A program made the translations under genes and the position numbers. Positions 8,880 through 17,256 of a stretch of 32,000 nt of DNA are shown here, one piece after another. Location: positions 2,070,001-2,102,000 of the forward strand of contig NZ_CP027570.1 in the NCBI RefSeq assembly GCF_003010495.1. The letters run 5' to 3'. Origin of the DNA: Megasphaera elsdenii DSM 20460 (GTDB taxonomy: Bacteria > Bacillota > Negativicutes > Veillonellales > Megasphaeraceae). How positions within the stretch are numbered: the first letter of the stretch is position 1; every line of letters starts with the position of its first letter. Under the pieces are notes generated by a model. The model ran no database searches, had not been told where the DNA came from, and saw only the letters and a list, made by a program, of their open reading frames with translations.

Positions 8880-8881
8880 GA

Positions 8882-8909
8882 GTATTAAGTTTGCAGTTTG
8901 TAGTAACTT
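8882..8909 (+). repeat. Heptad-phased array
   Basis: GTATTAA GTTTGCA GTTTGTA GTAACTT (four GT-phased heptamers). Confidence 0.5.
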
Positions 8910-8993
8910 CATGCCAACAACTATGAAAAGCAACCTCTCAGTCAGCATCGCTGACAGCTCTCCTATGAGGAGAGCCAGTGGGTTACGAGAGCA

Positions 8994-9018
8994 GGCCGCC
9001 CTTTGGGACGGCCCCTAC
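8994..9018 (-). repeat. GTAGGGG + GC hairpin module (REP-like)
   Basis: The plus strand reads GGCCGCCC-TTTG-GGACGGCC-CCTAC. The minus strand reads GTAGGGGCCGTCCCAAAGGGCGGCC, 22 nt downstream of the flavodoxin-gene stop. A second CCCTACGA lies at 9030-9037. Confidence 0.65.
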
Positions 9019-9040
9019 GATTTCTTATCCCTACGAGTCC

Positions 9041-9604
9041 TTAGCGGATGAAGTTGGTCATGATCTTCGCTTCTGTTGCCGGGGCTTCGATGCCTGCTTT
9101 TTTGCCGGCTTCGATGCATTTCAGGATCCAGGCCATGTTGCGGCCGAGGGTCCGCATGATCTGCAGGCCTTCTTCATCTTTCTTGACGTCCTCCGGCGTA
9201 TTGCCGTGGACCATGGGCCAGTAGTTGGAAGCGACGCTGACCATCTGATGGTAGGACAAGTATTTGTTGAGGACGTCCAGCGTGGCTGTCGTGCCGGCAC
9301 GGCGGGCCGAGGTGACGGTAGCGCCGACTTTATGGGTCAGGGCAGCACCGGCTTTACCAGCCAGTTTATCCATGAAGGAGATGATTTCACCAGACGGCGA
9401 AGCCCAGTAGACCGGCGAGCCGATGACCAGGCCGTCGGCGGTCTTCATTTTTTCGGCGACAGCGTCGACGATGGCGTCATCGGGAAGGGCATGGACGATT
9501 TCTGCATCGATGCCGTTTTCTTTGAGCGTATCGGCGACGACAGACAGTGCTGTATAGGTGCAGCCTTTTTCGCGGCGGCTGCCATTCAATAAGATAACTT
9601 TCAT
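9041..9604 (-). CDS. Flavodoxin-family / NAD(P)H-dependent FMN reductase-like protein
   Basis: MKVILLNGSRREKGCTY...DGLVIGSPVYWASPSGE... is typical of multimeric flavodoxin/FMN-reductase-fold proteins. ATG 9604 lies 6 nt downstream of the RBS GGAGGG; the track start at 9628 is an extension. Confidence 0.8.
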   Translation of the reverse strand: MKVILLNGSRREKGCTYTALSVVADTLKENGIDAEIVHALPDDAIVDAVAEKMKTADGLVIGSPVYWASPSGEIISFMDKLAGKAGAALTHKVGATVTSARRAGTTATLDVLNKYLSYHQMVSVASNYWPMVHGNTPEDVKKDEEGLQIMRTLGRNMAWILKCIEAGKKAGIEAPATEAKIMTNFIR

Positions 9605-9635
9605 GGGAATCCCTCCTGTAAATATCATGATTACA

Positions 9636-9674
9636 TGATAATAGTTGTCATAACTAATAAGACAGCTATTATCA
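9636..9674. promoter_or_regulatory. 14-bp inverted repeat (candidate operator or 5'-UTR hairpin) upstream of the flavodoxin gene
   Basis: TGATAATAGTTGTC (9636-9649), 11 nt, GACAGCTATTATCA (9661-9674). There is one mismatch, and the site begins about 30 nt upstream of the start codon at 9604. Confidence 0.35.
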
Positions 9675-9755
9675 GTTTGAAGTTAAAAGTTTGATGTTTG
9701 ATGTAGATGGAATTTAAAGGCCCTTACGTCAAACTTCATACGTCAAACTTCAAAC
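9675..9755. repeat. Inverted pair of heptad-phased arrays around an AT-rich core
   Basis: Plus-strand heptads GTTTGAA GTTAAAA GTTTGAT GTTTGAT GTAGATG lie at 9675-9709. The core GAATTTAAAGG lies at 9710-9720. Minus-strand heptads GTTTGAA GTTTGAC GTATGAA GTTTGAC GTAAGGG lie at 9755-9721. Confidence 0.75.
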
Positions 9756-9773
9756 ACTAAAAATAAAGAAAAA

Positions 9774-9799
9774 TGTATGATGACAGAAGCCTTCATACA
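9774..9799. repeat. CATGA...CCTTCRTG hairpin module, copy B
   Basis: TGTATGATGACAGAAGCCTTCATACA, flanked by an A-rich tract (9761-9773) and TCTTTTG (9804-9810). Confidence 0.5.
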
Positions 9800-9980
9800 A
9801 TAATCTTTTGCAAAAATACTATAGCACAGAAAGGGCAAAAAAGCAAATACGCAGGCTGCTGTTCGTGGTTCGCAAAACCAGCCGCTAACCGCTAACGGCT
9901 GATTTTTCCTTATACGCATAGCGCAGCCTATTTTTATGATATAAAAGTATCGAAGTATAAAATTTAAAATGATATTTTTA

Positions 9981-10009
9981 TTGCATATAGTCCATGGAAA
10001 TGGTATCAT
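9981..10009 (+). promoter_or_regulatory. Candidate promoter of the gluconate operon
   Basis: TTGCAT (9981-9986), 17 nt, TATCAT (10004-10009), with an extended -10 TGG. It lies about 50 nt upstream of gntK. Confidence 0.4.
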
Positions 10010-10060
10010 AAAGTCATCAAGAAGATTCCTTAGCCAAATACGTGAAAGGGAGTATGACTC

Positions 10061-11620
10061 ATGAATACCATTACGCCTATGGATTCGGCGAACCAGGAAG
10101 TGTGGATCGGCGTCGACGTCGGTACGACTGGCGTCCGGGCCATTGCTTATACGGAAGACGGGACCAATGTCTGCTCGTCGGAAGCTTTTTATCCTTTGTT
10201 GACACCCCATCCGGATTGGGCCGAAGAAAGCCCGCTCCAGATCCTGGAAGCCGTCCAGGAAGTCATCAGTAAGACGGCCGCTCAGCTTCGCTATAAGAAC
10301 AAGGAGCTGGCCGGCATCGCCCTGAGCACGGTCATGCACAGTTTCGCCGGCCTCGACGAAGGCAAAGAACCCCTCATGGACATGCAGACCTGGGCTGACA
10401 GCCGCAGCGCGTCTATTGTCCGGGAAATGAAGAAAGACGAAGGCTTGTGCCGGTCTTTCTATGAACGGACGGGCTGCCCCATCCACGCCTGCTATCCCCT
10501 GGCCAAAATCATCTGGCTGCGCCAGAACCAGCCGGAACTCTTCCGCCAGATGCGCTATGTCGGATCATTGAAAGATTATTTGTTCTATCACTTGACGGGC
10601 CAATGGGTCATCGACAAGTCCGCAGCCAGCACGAGCGGCATGTACAACGAACGGACCTTGGATTGGGATGATGAAATCCTGGCCTATGCCGGTGTCACTA
10701 AAGACCAGCTGCCGCCTGTCGTATCGACGACGTACAGCCAGGGTTTGTGTGAAGACGCTGCCAAGATTTTGCGCCTGCCGGCCGGCCTTCCCGTCGTCAT
10801 CGGCGCTACGGATGGCGTCCTGGTCAACGTCGGCATCGGTGCCGTCGAACCGGGCCAGCTCAGCGGGACCATCGGGACCAGCGGCGCCCTGCGCATGCTG
10901 ACCCGCCAGCCCAAGACGGACCCGCAGATGCGCACGTGGTGCTATAACCTGACCGACGACATGTGGGTCGCCGGCGGAGCCATCAACAACGGCGGCATGA
11001 TCCTGCGCTGGGTCCGCGACAAAATCTGCCATTACGGCGGCAGTGCCCTGGAAACGCTGGACATCGACCCCTATGACTTGATGACCATGAAGGCAGAACA
11101 CGTCGATGCCGGCGCCGACGGTCTCATCTGCCTGCCGTATTTTACGGGCGAACGGGCGCCATACTGGAACTCGGAACTGCGGGGCATGTTCTTCGGCTTT
11201 TCCCTCAATCACAGCCGGTCCCACATGATCCGCGCCGTCATGGAAGGCATCTGCTACAGCCTAAACAGCGTCATGGCAGCTCTCAAGGAATTTGGCGACA
11301 TCAAGGACATCCGCGTCAGCGGCAGCTTCACCAAGTCGAAACTGTGGCTCCAGATTTTATCGGACGTCCTCAATCAGCCCATCACCCTGCCGGACAACAG
11401 TGAAGGCGCTGCTTTCGGGGCGGCCGTGCTGGGATTCATTTCCAGCGGCAAATTGAAGAGCATCGCCGATACGGCCGACTTGGTCCACGCCAAGAAAATC
11501 TATACGCCTATCGAAGAAAACGTAGCCGTCTACCAGCAGCTCTACGACATCTTCGTCCAGCTCTACCATAACTTGCAGGGAGAATTTGCCGACATTACGG
11601 CATACCAGCAGAAATTATAA
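10061..11620 (+). CDS. gntK: Gluconokinase (FGGY carbohydrate kinase family)
   Basis: 519 aa. N-terminal FGGY phosphate-1 motif IGVDVGTTGVRAIAY, and C-terminal FGGY domain ...GGAINNGG... and ...YFTGERAPYWN.... It sits beside the gnd and GntP genes. RBS AAAGGGAG lies 8 nt upstream. Confidence 0.88.
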   Translation: MNTITPMDSANQEVWIGVDVGTTGVRAIAYTEDGTNVCSSEAFYPLLTPHPDWAEESPLQILEAVQEVISKTAAQLRYKNKELAGIALSTVMHSFAGLDEGKEPLMDMQTWADSRSASIVREMKKDEGLCRSFYERTGCPIHACYPLAKIIWLRQNQPELFRQMRYVGSLKDYLFYHLTGQWVIDKSAASTSGMYNERTLDWDDEILAYAGVTKDQLPPVVSTTYSQGLCEDAAKILRLPAGLPVVIGATDGVLVNVGIGAVEPGQLSGTIGTSGALRMLTRQPKTDPQMRTWCYNLTDDMWVAGGAINNGGMILRWVRDKICHYGGSALETLDIDPYDLMTMKAEHVDAGADGLICLPYFTGERAPYWNSELRGMFFGFSLNHSRSHMIRAVMEGICYSLNSVMAALKEFGDIKDIRVSGSFTKSKLWLQILSDVLNQPITLPDNSEGAAFGAAVLGFISSGKLKSIADTADLVHAKKIYTPIEENVAVYQQLYDIFVQLYHNLQGEFADITAYQQKL

Positions 11621-11645
11621 TTTCCAGTGAAAAGGAGAGATACCT

Positions 11646-13058
11646 ATGGCACTTCACGATATTGGCGTCGTCGGCATGGCCGTCATGGGCAGTAACCTGG
11701 CCCTGAACATGGCCGACCACGGCTACGACGTTTCGGTCTACAACTATACGCCGGATTTGACGGAACAGTTCCTCAAGGAACGGCCCCATGACAAGATTAC
11801 GGGCTACTTCGAGCTGAAGGATTTCCTGGCTTCCCTGAAGCGGCCGCGCAAAATCATGCTCATGATCATGGCCGGTGCGCCTGTGGACAGCATGCTCGAC
11901 CAGCTGCTGCCCCTCCTGGATACAGGTGACATCATCATCGACGGCGGCAACTCCTATTTCGGCGATACGCGCCGCCGCTACGACCGCTGCAAAGAAGACG
12001 GCATCCATTTCTATGGCATGGGCATTTCGGGCGGGGAAACGGGCGCCCGCCGCGGTCCGGCCATCATGCCGGGCGGCAATAAGGAAACGTATCCTGAAAT
12101 CCAGCCCATTTACGAAGCCATTGCGGCCAAAGCGGCTGATGGCAAGCCGTGCTGCACTTATATCGGCGAAGACGGCGCCGGCCATTACGTCAAGATGGTC
12201 CACAACGGCATCGAATACGCCGATATGCAGCTCATCGCCGAAGCTTATTTATTGCTCAAACACGTCGGCGGTTACGATAACGCCGCCATTTCTAAGATTT
12301 TCCATGAATGGAACCAGGGCGAACTGAAGAGCTTCCTCATCGGTATCGCCGCGGATATTTTTGCCGAAGACGACGAAGCAGGCGGACAGGTCCTGGATAA
12401 GATCGTAGACGCCGCCGGTCAGAAGGGGACCGGCCGCTGGACGAGCATCGAATCGATGAAACAGGGTGTCGATATTTCCATGATTACGGCAGCCTGCAAT
12501 GCCCGCGTCATGTCCAACGCACCAGGCCGTGCCAAAGCGCAGGATGTCATTGCCAAGCCGGCCCTGACGGCCCAGAGCGGCCCGGACTTCGTCGAAGCCG
12601 TCCGCCAGAGCCTGTATGCGGCCAAGATCGTCGCCTATGCCCAGGGCTTTTCCCTCTACAAGAGTGCTTCGGAAACGTATGACTGGCACCTCGATTACGG
12701 CGCCATCGCTTCCATTTTCCGGGCCGGCTGCATCATCCAGGCCGAATTTCTGACCAAGATCACCGAAGCCTATGACAAGAATCCGGAGCTGGATAATCTC
12801 TTGTTCGACGATTTCTTCCTGGCTAAAATCAATGCCAACCAGGGCGCCCTGCGGCAGATCATCGGCCTGGCCATTGCCAACGGCCTTCCCATTCCGGCCT
12901 TCTCGGCTTCGCTCCAATACCTCGACGCCTACAGCAGCCCTCAGGTCGGAGCCAACCTCATCCAGGCCCTGCGCGACTATTTCGGCGCCCATACGTTCCA
13001 GCGCGTCGATAAAGCCGGCACCTTCCATCACCATTGGCATGAACATTATACAAAATAA
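11646..13058 (+). CDS. gnd: 6-phosphogluconate dehydrogenase, decarboxylating
   Basis: IGVVGMAVMGSNLALNMADHGY (Rossmann motif), GISGGETGARRGPAIMPGG, and GAGHYVKMVHNGIEYADMQLIAEAY are canonical Gnd motifs. Confidence 0.95.
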   Translation: MALHDIGVVGMAVMGSNLALNMADHGYDVSVYNYTPDLTEQFLKERPHDKITGYFELKDFLASLKRPRKIMLMIMAGAPVDSMLDQLLPLLDTGDIIIDGGNSYFGDTRRRYDRCKEDGIHFYGMGISGGETGARRGPAIMPGGNKETYPEIQPIYEAIAAKAADGKPCCTYIGEDGAGHYVKMVHNGIEYADMQLIAEAYLLLKHVGGYDNAAISKIFHEWNQGELKSFLIGIAADIFAEDDEAGGQVLDKIVDAAGQKGTGRWTSIESMKQGVDISMITAACNARVMSNAPGRAKAQDVIAKPALTAQSGPDFVEAVRQSLYAAKIVAYAQGFSLYKSASETYDWHLDYGAIASIFRAGCIIQAEFLTKITEAYDKNPELDNLLFDDFFLAKINANQGALRQIIGLAIANGLPIPAFSASLQYLDAYSSPQVGANLIQALRDYFGAHTFQRVDKAGTFHHHWHEHYTK

Positions 13059-13073
13059 AGGAGGTTTCTCATT

Positions 13074-14393
13074 ATGCCACTCGTCATACTCGCTATTGGC
13101 ATTCTCGTCTTATTTTTCCTCATCGTCAAAGTCAAGCTCAACAGTTTCTTGGCTTTGCTCCTCGTCGCCGGCGCCGTCGGCCTGGCCGAAGGCATGCCTA
13201 TCGACAAGCTCATCCCGACCATTGAAAAAGGGCTGGGCGGGACCCTCGGCGGCCTGGCCATCGTCGTTTCCTTCGGCGCCATGCTGGGCAAGCTCATGGC
13301 TGAAAGCGGCGGTGCCCAGCGCATTGCGACGACACTGATCAACGTCTTCGGCCGGGAAAAGGTCAAATGGGCCGTCTGCCTGACGGGCTTCATCGTCGGT
13401 ATCGCCTTGTTCTATGAAATCGGCTTCGTCCTGCTCATCCCCTTGGTCTTCACCATTGCGGCGGAAGCCAAGATTCCCCTGCTGGAAGTCGGTATCCCTA
13501 TGGCTGCGGCCTTGTCGGTCACGCACGGCTTCCTGCCGCCTCATCCGGGCCCGACAGCGATTTCCATCATTTATAATGCCGATATCGGCACGACCCTGGT
13601 CTATGGTGCCATCATCGCCATCCCGACGGCCATCGTCGCCGGCCCGCTGTACTGCACGCTGACGCGGGACATCAATCCGGAAATCCCCAAGGGCATGTAC
13701 AACCCGAAAATCTTTAAGGACGACGAAATGCCTGGCTTTGGTATTTCCGTCTTCACGGCGCTGGTCCCGGTCATCCTCATGGCTGCTTCGGCTATTGCCA
13801 AATTGACCATGGGTGCCGATGTCCCGGCCCGCCATATCCTGACCTTCTTCGGTCAGCCGGACATTGCCCTGACCATTTCCGTCGCCATCGCTATCTATAC
13901 CTTCGGCCTGGGCCGGGGCAAATCCATGGAAGATGTCATGAAGACCGTCCAGGATGCCGTCCTGACCATTGCCATGATCTTGCTCATCGTCGGCGGTGGC
14001 GGTGCCTTGAAACAGGTCCTCATCGACAGCGGTGTCGGCACGTACATCGGTAATCTCGTCGCTGGTTCCGATTTATCGCCGCTGCTCCTGGCCTGGCTGG
14101 TCGCTGCCGTCATCCGCACGGCCTGCGGTTCGGCTACGGTAGCAGCCCTGACGGCTGGCGGTATTGCCGCCCCTATCTGCGCCGTCACCGGTGCCAATCC
14201 GGAACTGATGGTCCTGGCTACGGGCGCCGGTTCGCTCATCTTCAGCCCGCCGAATGACCCTGGTTTCTGGCTGTTCAAGGAATTTTTCGGCCTGACGGTC
14301 AAACAGACCGTCCGCACGTGGTGCGCCCTGGAAACAATCATTGCCGTCATGGGTTTAGCTGGTGTACTTGTTTTGAATCTCTTTGTAGGCTAA
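13074..14393 (+). CDS. Gluconate:H+ symporter (GntP family permease)
   Basis: 439-aa polytopic membrane protein. N-terminus MPLVILAIGILVLFFLIVKVKLNSFLALL... and overall pattern are typical of the GntP family. It lies within the gnt operon. Confidence 0.88.
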   Translation: MPLVILAIGILVLFFLIVKVKLNSFLALLLVAGAVGLAEGMPIDKLIPTIEKGLGGTLGGLAIVVSFGAMLGKLMAESGGAQRIATTLINVFGREKVKWAVCLTGFIVGIALFYEIGFVLLIPLVFTIAAEAKIPLLEVGIPMAAALSVTHGFLPPHPGPTAISIIYNADIGTTLVYGAIIAIPTAIVAGPLYCTLTRDINPEIPKGMYNPKIFKDDEMPGFGISVFTALVPVILMAASAIAKLTMGADVPARHILTFFGQPDIALTISVAIAIYTFGLGRGKSMEDVMKTVQDAVLTIAMILLIVGGGGALKQVLIDSGVGTYIGNLVAGSDLSPLLLAWLVAAVIRTACGSATVAALTAGGIAAPICAVTGANPELMVLATGAGSLIFSPPNDPGFWLFKEFFGLTVKQTVRTWCALETIIAVMGLAGVLVLNLFVG

Positions 14394-14427
14394 AATAAAA
14401 GTGAATATGAAAGTAGGAGGGAAGACG

Positions 14428-15285
14428 ATGGAAGAAATGAAGCTCCAGGTATTTCCTGTCCTGCGCAGTGCATACGGCGGTCTGACCAAGTCAGAGCGCC
14501 GTATTGCCGATTATATTGTCGATCATCCCGGCGAGGTCATGGAAGAGACCGTAGCGGACCTGGCCGTTCATGCGCAGAGTTCGGAAATCACCATTTCCCG
14601 GTTTTGCAAGAAATTGGGCTGCAGCGGGTTGAAGGAATTGAAGCTCATGCTGGCTGCCGATTTGTCGGCAGCGCCGCAGAAGGACTTCCACGATATCCAG
14701 GCCGGCGATACGGGCCGCCAGGTGGCGTCCAAGGTTTTTGCCAATATCGCCGAAGGTTTGCAGGATACGCTGAGCCTCCTCGATTATGATGCCGTCGATG
14801 AAGCGGCCCGGCTCATCTTGAAGGCCCGGCGGATTTATGTCTTTGGCTTCGGCAATTCGGCGACAGTCTGCATGGATATGGCCACGCGGTTCCTGCGCCT
14901 GGGCCTGGCCATCCGGGAATATGCCGATTCCCATATGCAGGTGACGGCAGCGGCGCTCATGACGCCAGCAGATGTCGTCCTGGCCGTGTCCCACAGCGGG
15001 GCGACGAAGGAACTGCTCCAGTCCGTCCGGGCTGCCAAGGCGGCCGGCGGCAAGGTCATCGTCATCACCAGCCACGGCCAGTCGCCTTTGGCCGGGGAAG
15101 CCGATGTCTGCCTGTGCGGCATGGGCCGTGAAGTCCAGTATACGTCGGAAGCCGGGGCATCGCGCCTGATTCACATGGCCATCGGCGACGTCCTCTATAC
15201 GCGGATCGCCATGCAGGAAGAAGGCCTTTTCCGGGACAATATAAAGAAGATGCGCCAGGAAATCGGCAAGAAGCGGCAGTTATAA
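14428..15285 (+). CDS. MurR/RpiR-family transcriptional regulator (HTH + SIS domain)
   Basis: N-terminal HTH_6 region ...LTKSERRIADYIVDHP...AQSSEITISRFCKKLGCSGLKELK and a C-terminal SIS domain (VFGFGNSA...SHSGATKE). I prefer ATG 14428, 7 nt after RBS AGGAGG, over the track's GTG 14401. Confidence 0.85.
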   Translation: MEEMKLQVFPVLRSAYGGLTKSERRIADYIVDHPGEVMEETVADLAVHAQSSEITISRFCKKLGCSGLKELKLMLAADLSAAPQKDFHDIQAGDTGRQVASKVFANIAEGLQDTLSLLDYDAVDEAARLILKARRIYVFGFGNSATVCMDMATRFLRLGLAIREYADSHMQVTAAALMTPADVVLAVSHSGATKELLQSVRAAKAAGGKVIVITSHGQSPLAGEADVCLCGMGREVQYTSEAGASRLIHMAIGDVLYTRIAMQEEGLFRDNIKKMRQEIGKKRQL

Positions 15286-15438
15286 TCGCGGCTACGAAAA
15301 TCGGCAGTTCTGTGGTACAATAAAGACGACTTATCCGGGACAATATAAAGAAGATGCGCCAGGAAATCGGCAAGAAGCGGCAGTTATAATCGCGGCTACG
15401 AAAATCGGCAGTTCTGTGGTACAATAAAGACGACTTAT
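15231..15438 (+). repeat. Perfect 104-bp tandem duplication (2 copies: 15231-15334 and 15335-15438)
   Basis: Base-by-base comparison shows two identical 104-nt units. Each contains the last 55 nt of the rpiR-family gene (including TAA) plus 49 nt of downstream spacer. The track's minus-strand ORFs repeat the peptide SRLYCTTELPIFVAAIITAASCRFPGASSLYCPG twice. Confidence 0.92.
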
Positions 15439-15465
15439 TGCAAACAGAGGAAGGATGATCAGAGG

Positions 15466-16230
15466 GTGAAAAAATTCTTGGAAATGGCGACTATCGTCGA
15501 GAATGAAGCCATTATTCCCGAAGTCTGGAAAATGGTATTCCATGCGCCGCAAATCGCAAGAGAAGCGCGGCCCGGTCAGTTTGTCAATGTCCACCGCGAT
15601 GGGGGACAGACCTTTTTACGCCGTCCTTTCGGCATCGTCGATGCCGATACGGAATCGGGCAATGTGACTATTATTTACCGCCTGGTCGGCGTCGGTACGG
15701 CCGAAATGAAGACCTTGCGCCAGGGCGATGCACTCAGCGTCGAAGGCCCGTTAGGGGAAGGCGTCTTTACGACGACACCGGGCAAGGTCCTGCTGGCTGG
15801 CGGCGGCGTCGGCCTGGCACCGCTCATCTTCTTGGCCAAGCGCCTGGACCATCCCGTCGTGCTCGTCGCCGGAAAGACGGCAGCCGAAACGTTCTGGACG
15901 AAGTTCTTTGAACCCTATGCCGGCCGGATCTACGTGACGACTGACGACGGCTCGCAGGGCATCAAAGGCTTTGCCGTCGATGCGCTGCCGCAGATTTTTG
16001 CCAATCAGCCCATCGACCGCGTATCGGTCTGCGGCCCGACGGTCATGATGAAGACCATTGCCCAGGCTTCGGCCAAGGCCGGCATCGCCTGTGAAGTATC
16101 TATGGAAAAACGGATGGCCTGCGGCATCGGCGTCTGCCTGGGCTGCACCTTTGAAAGCCAGCTCGACGGCAAGCGCTATAAAGTCTGTGCCGACGGTCCT
16201 GTTTTTGACGCGAAGGAGGTCTTTGCATGA
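15466..16230 (+). CDS. pyrK: Dihydroorotate dehydrogenase (class 1B) electron-transfer subunit
   Basis: FAD/NAD-binding ferredoxin-reductase fold ([23 protein letters not shown]) and a C-terminal 2Fe-2S motif [11 protein letters not shown]...CADGPVF. The start is GTG 15466 or ATG 15484. An ATGA overlap links it to pyrD. Confidence 0.9.
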   Translation: MKKFLEMATIVENEAIIPEVWKMVFHAPQIAREARPGQFVNVHRDGGQTFLRRPFGIVDADTESGNVTIIYRLVGVGTAEMKTLRQGDALSVEGPLGEGVFTTTPGKVLLAGGGVGLAPLIFLAKRLDHPVVLVAGKTAAETFWTKFFEPYAGRIYVTTDDGSQGIKGFAVDALPQIFANQPIDRVSVCGPTVMMKTIAQASAKAGIACEVSMEKRMACGIGVCLGCTFESQLDGKRYKVCADGPVFDAKEVFA

Positions 16231-17150
16231 TCAGCGAACGGATTGCCGTCCAATTCGCCGGGATTTCCATGAAGACACCGGTCATGGGAGCCTCGGGAAC
16301 CTTTGGGTTCGGCGTAGAATACAGTGATTTTCTCGACCTCGACCACGTCGGGGCCATCATTTCCAAAGGCATCACGCCGCTGCCGCGGCCGGGAAATCCC
16401 GGTGTCCGCGTCGCCGAAACGCCGGCAGGGATGCTCAACTGCATCGGCCTGGAAAATCCGGGCGTAGCAGTCTTTAAGCGGGACATCCTGCCCAAGGTCC
16501 GTAAGGCCTGCCAGACGCCGCTCATCGTCAATATTTCGGCCGGTACTGCCGAAGAGTACGGCGAATTGGCAGCCCAGCTCGACGTCGATGGTGTGGCCGC
16601 CCTGGAAGTCAATATTTCCTGCCCCAATGTCAAAGAAGGGGGCATCGTCTTCGGGACCCAGCCGGAAGCGGCCGCTGCAGTCACGCGCAGCGTCAAGGAC
16701 CATACGAAGAAACCGGTCATCGTCAAGTTGTCGCCGAACGTCACGGATATTACGGTCATGGCTAAAGCCGTCGAAGCGGCTGGTGCCGACGCCGTATCGC
16801 TCATCAATACCCTGACGGGCATGGCCATCGACATCAAGAGCCGCCGCCCCCTGTTGGGCAACATCACAGGCGGCCTGTCCGGCCCGGCTGTGAAACCCAT
16901 TGCCCTGCGCATGGTATGGCAGACGGCTCAGGCCGTATCCATCCCCATCCTCGGCCTGGGCGGTATCACGACTTGGCAGGACGCCGTCGAATTTATGCTG
17001 GCCGGTGCCAGCGCCGTCGCCGTCGGGGCCCATAACTTCGTGGACCCCAGAGCCGTAGAAACCATCGCCGAAGGCCTGGACCAGTATTGTAAGGACGAAG
17101 GCATCGAACACATCCAGGATATTGTAGGGGCATTGGAGATTCGTAGTTAG
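16227..17150 (+). CDS. pyrD: Dihydroorotate dehydrogenase (class 1B) catalytic subunit
   Basis: ...ASGTFGFG..., ...NCIGLENPG..., ...EVNISCPNV... and ...[16 protein letters not shown]... are canonical PyrD-1B motifs. Confidence 0.95.
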   Translation: MISERIAVQFAGISMKTPVMGASGTFGFGVEYSDFLDLDHVGAIISKGITPLPRPGNPGVRVAETPAGMLNCIGLENPGVAVFKRDILPKVRKACQTPLIVNISAGTAEEYGELAAQLDVDGVAALEVNISCPNVKEGGIVFGTQPEAAAAVTRSVKDHTKKPVIVKLSPNVTDITVMAKAVEAAGADAVSLINTLTGMAIDIKSRRPLLGNITGGLSGPAVKPIALRMVWQTAQAVSIPILGLGGITTWQDAVEFMLAGASAVAVGAHNFVDPRAVETIAEGLDQYCKDEGIEHIQDIVGALEIRS

Positions 17151-17189
17151 TGGTTCGTGGTTTGTAGGGGCCGTCCCAAGGGGCGCCCC
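17143..17189 (+). repeat. Heptad array running into a GTAGGGG + GC hairpin module
   Basis: GTAGTTA GTGGTTC GTGGTTT GTAGGGG (17143-17170) followed by CCGTCCC-AAG-GGGCGCCCC. The pyrD stop codon TAG (17148-17150) spans the boundary between the first and second heptads. Confidence 0.65.
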
Positions 17190-17256
17190 GTTGTGGGAAT
17201 CCCATTCACGAACCCGTCGGGTATATGTAAGACTCCCGTGACCCATTGTCATGAGC

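Noticed and set aside
9675-9755. Possible CRISPR array or replication-origin iterons, suggested by the tandem short repeats.
   Set aside because: The units are 7 nt with no spacers, and arrays are only 28-35 nt, far below CRISPR repeat-spacer dimensions. There are no cas genes. No DnaA-box 9-mers or dnaA/dnaN context support an origin.
9743-10486. 247-aa minus-strand ORF covering the gntK 5' region and the upstream spacer.
   Set aside because: It overlaps the well-supported gluconokinase N-terminus on the opposite strand and runs through the promoter and repeat region. The product has no recognisable motifs.
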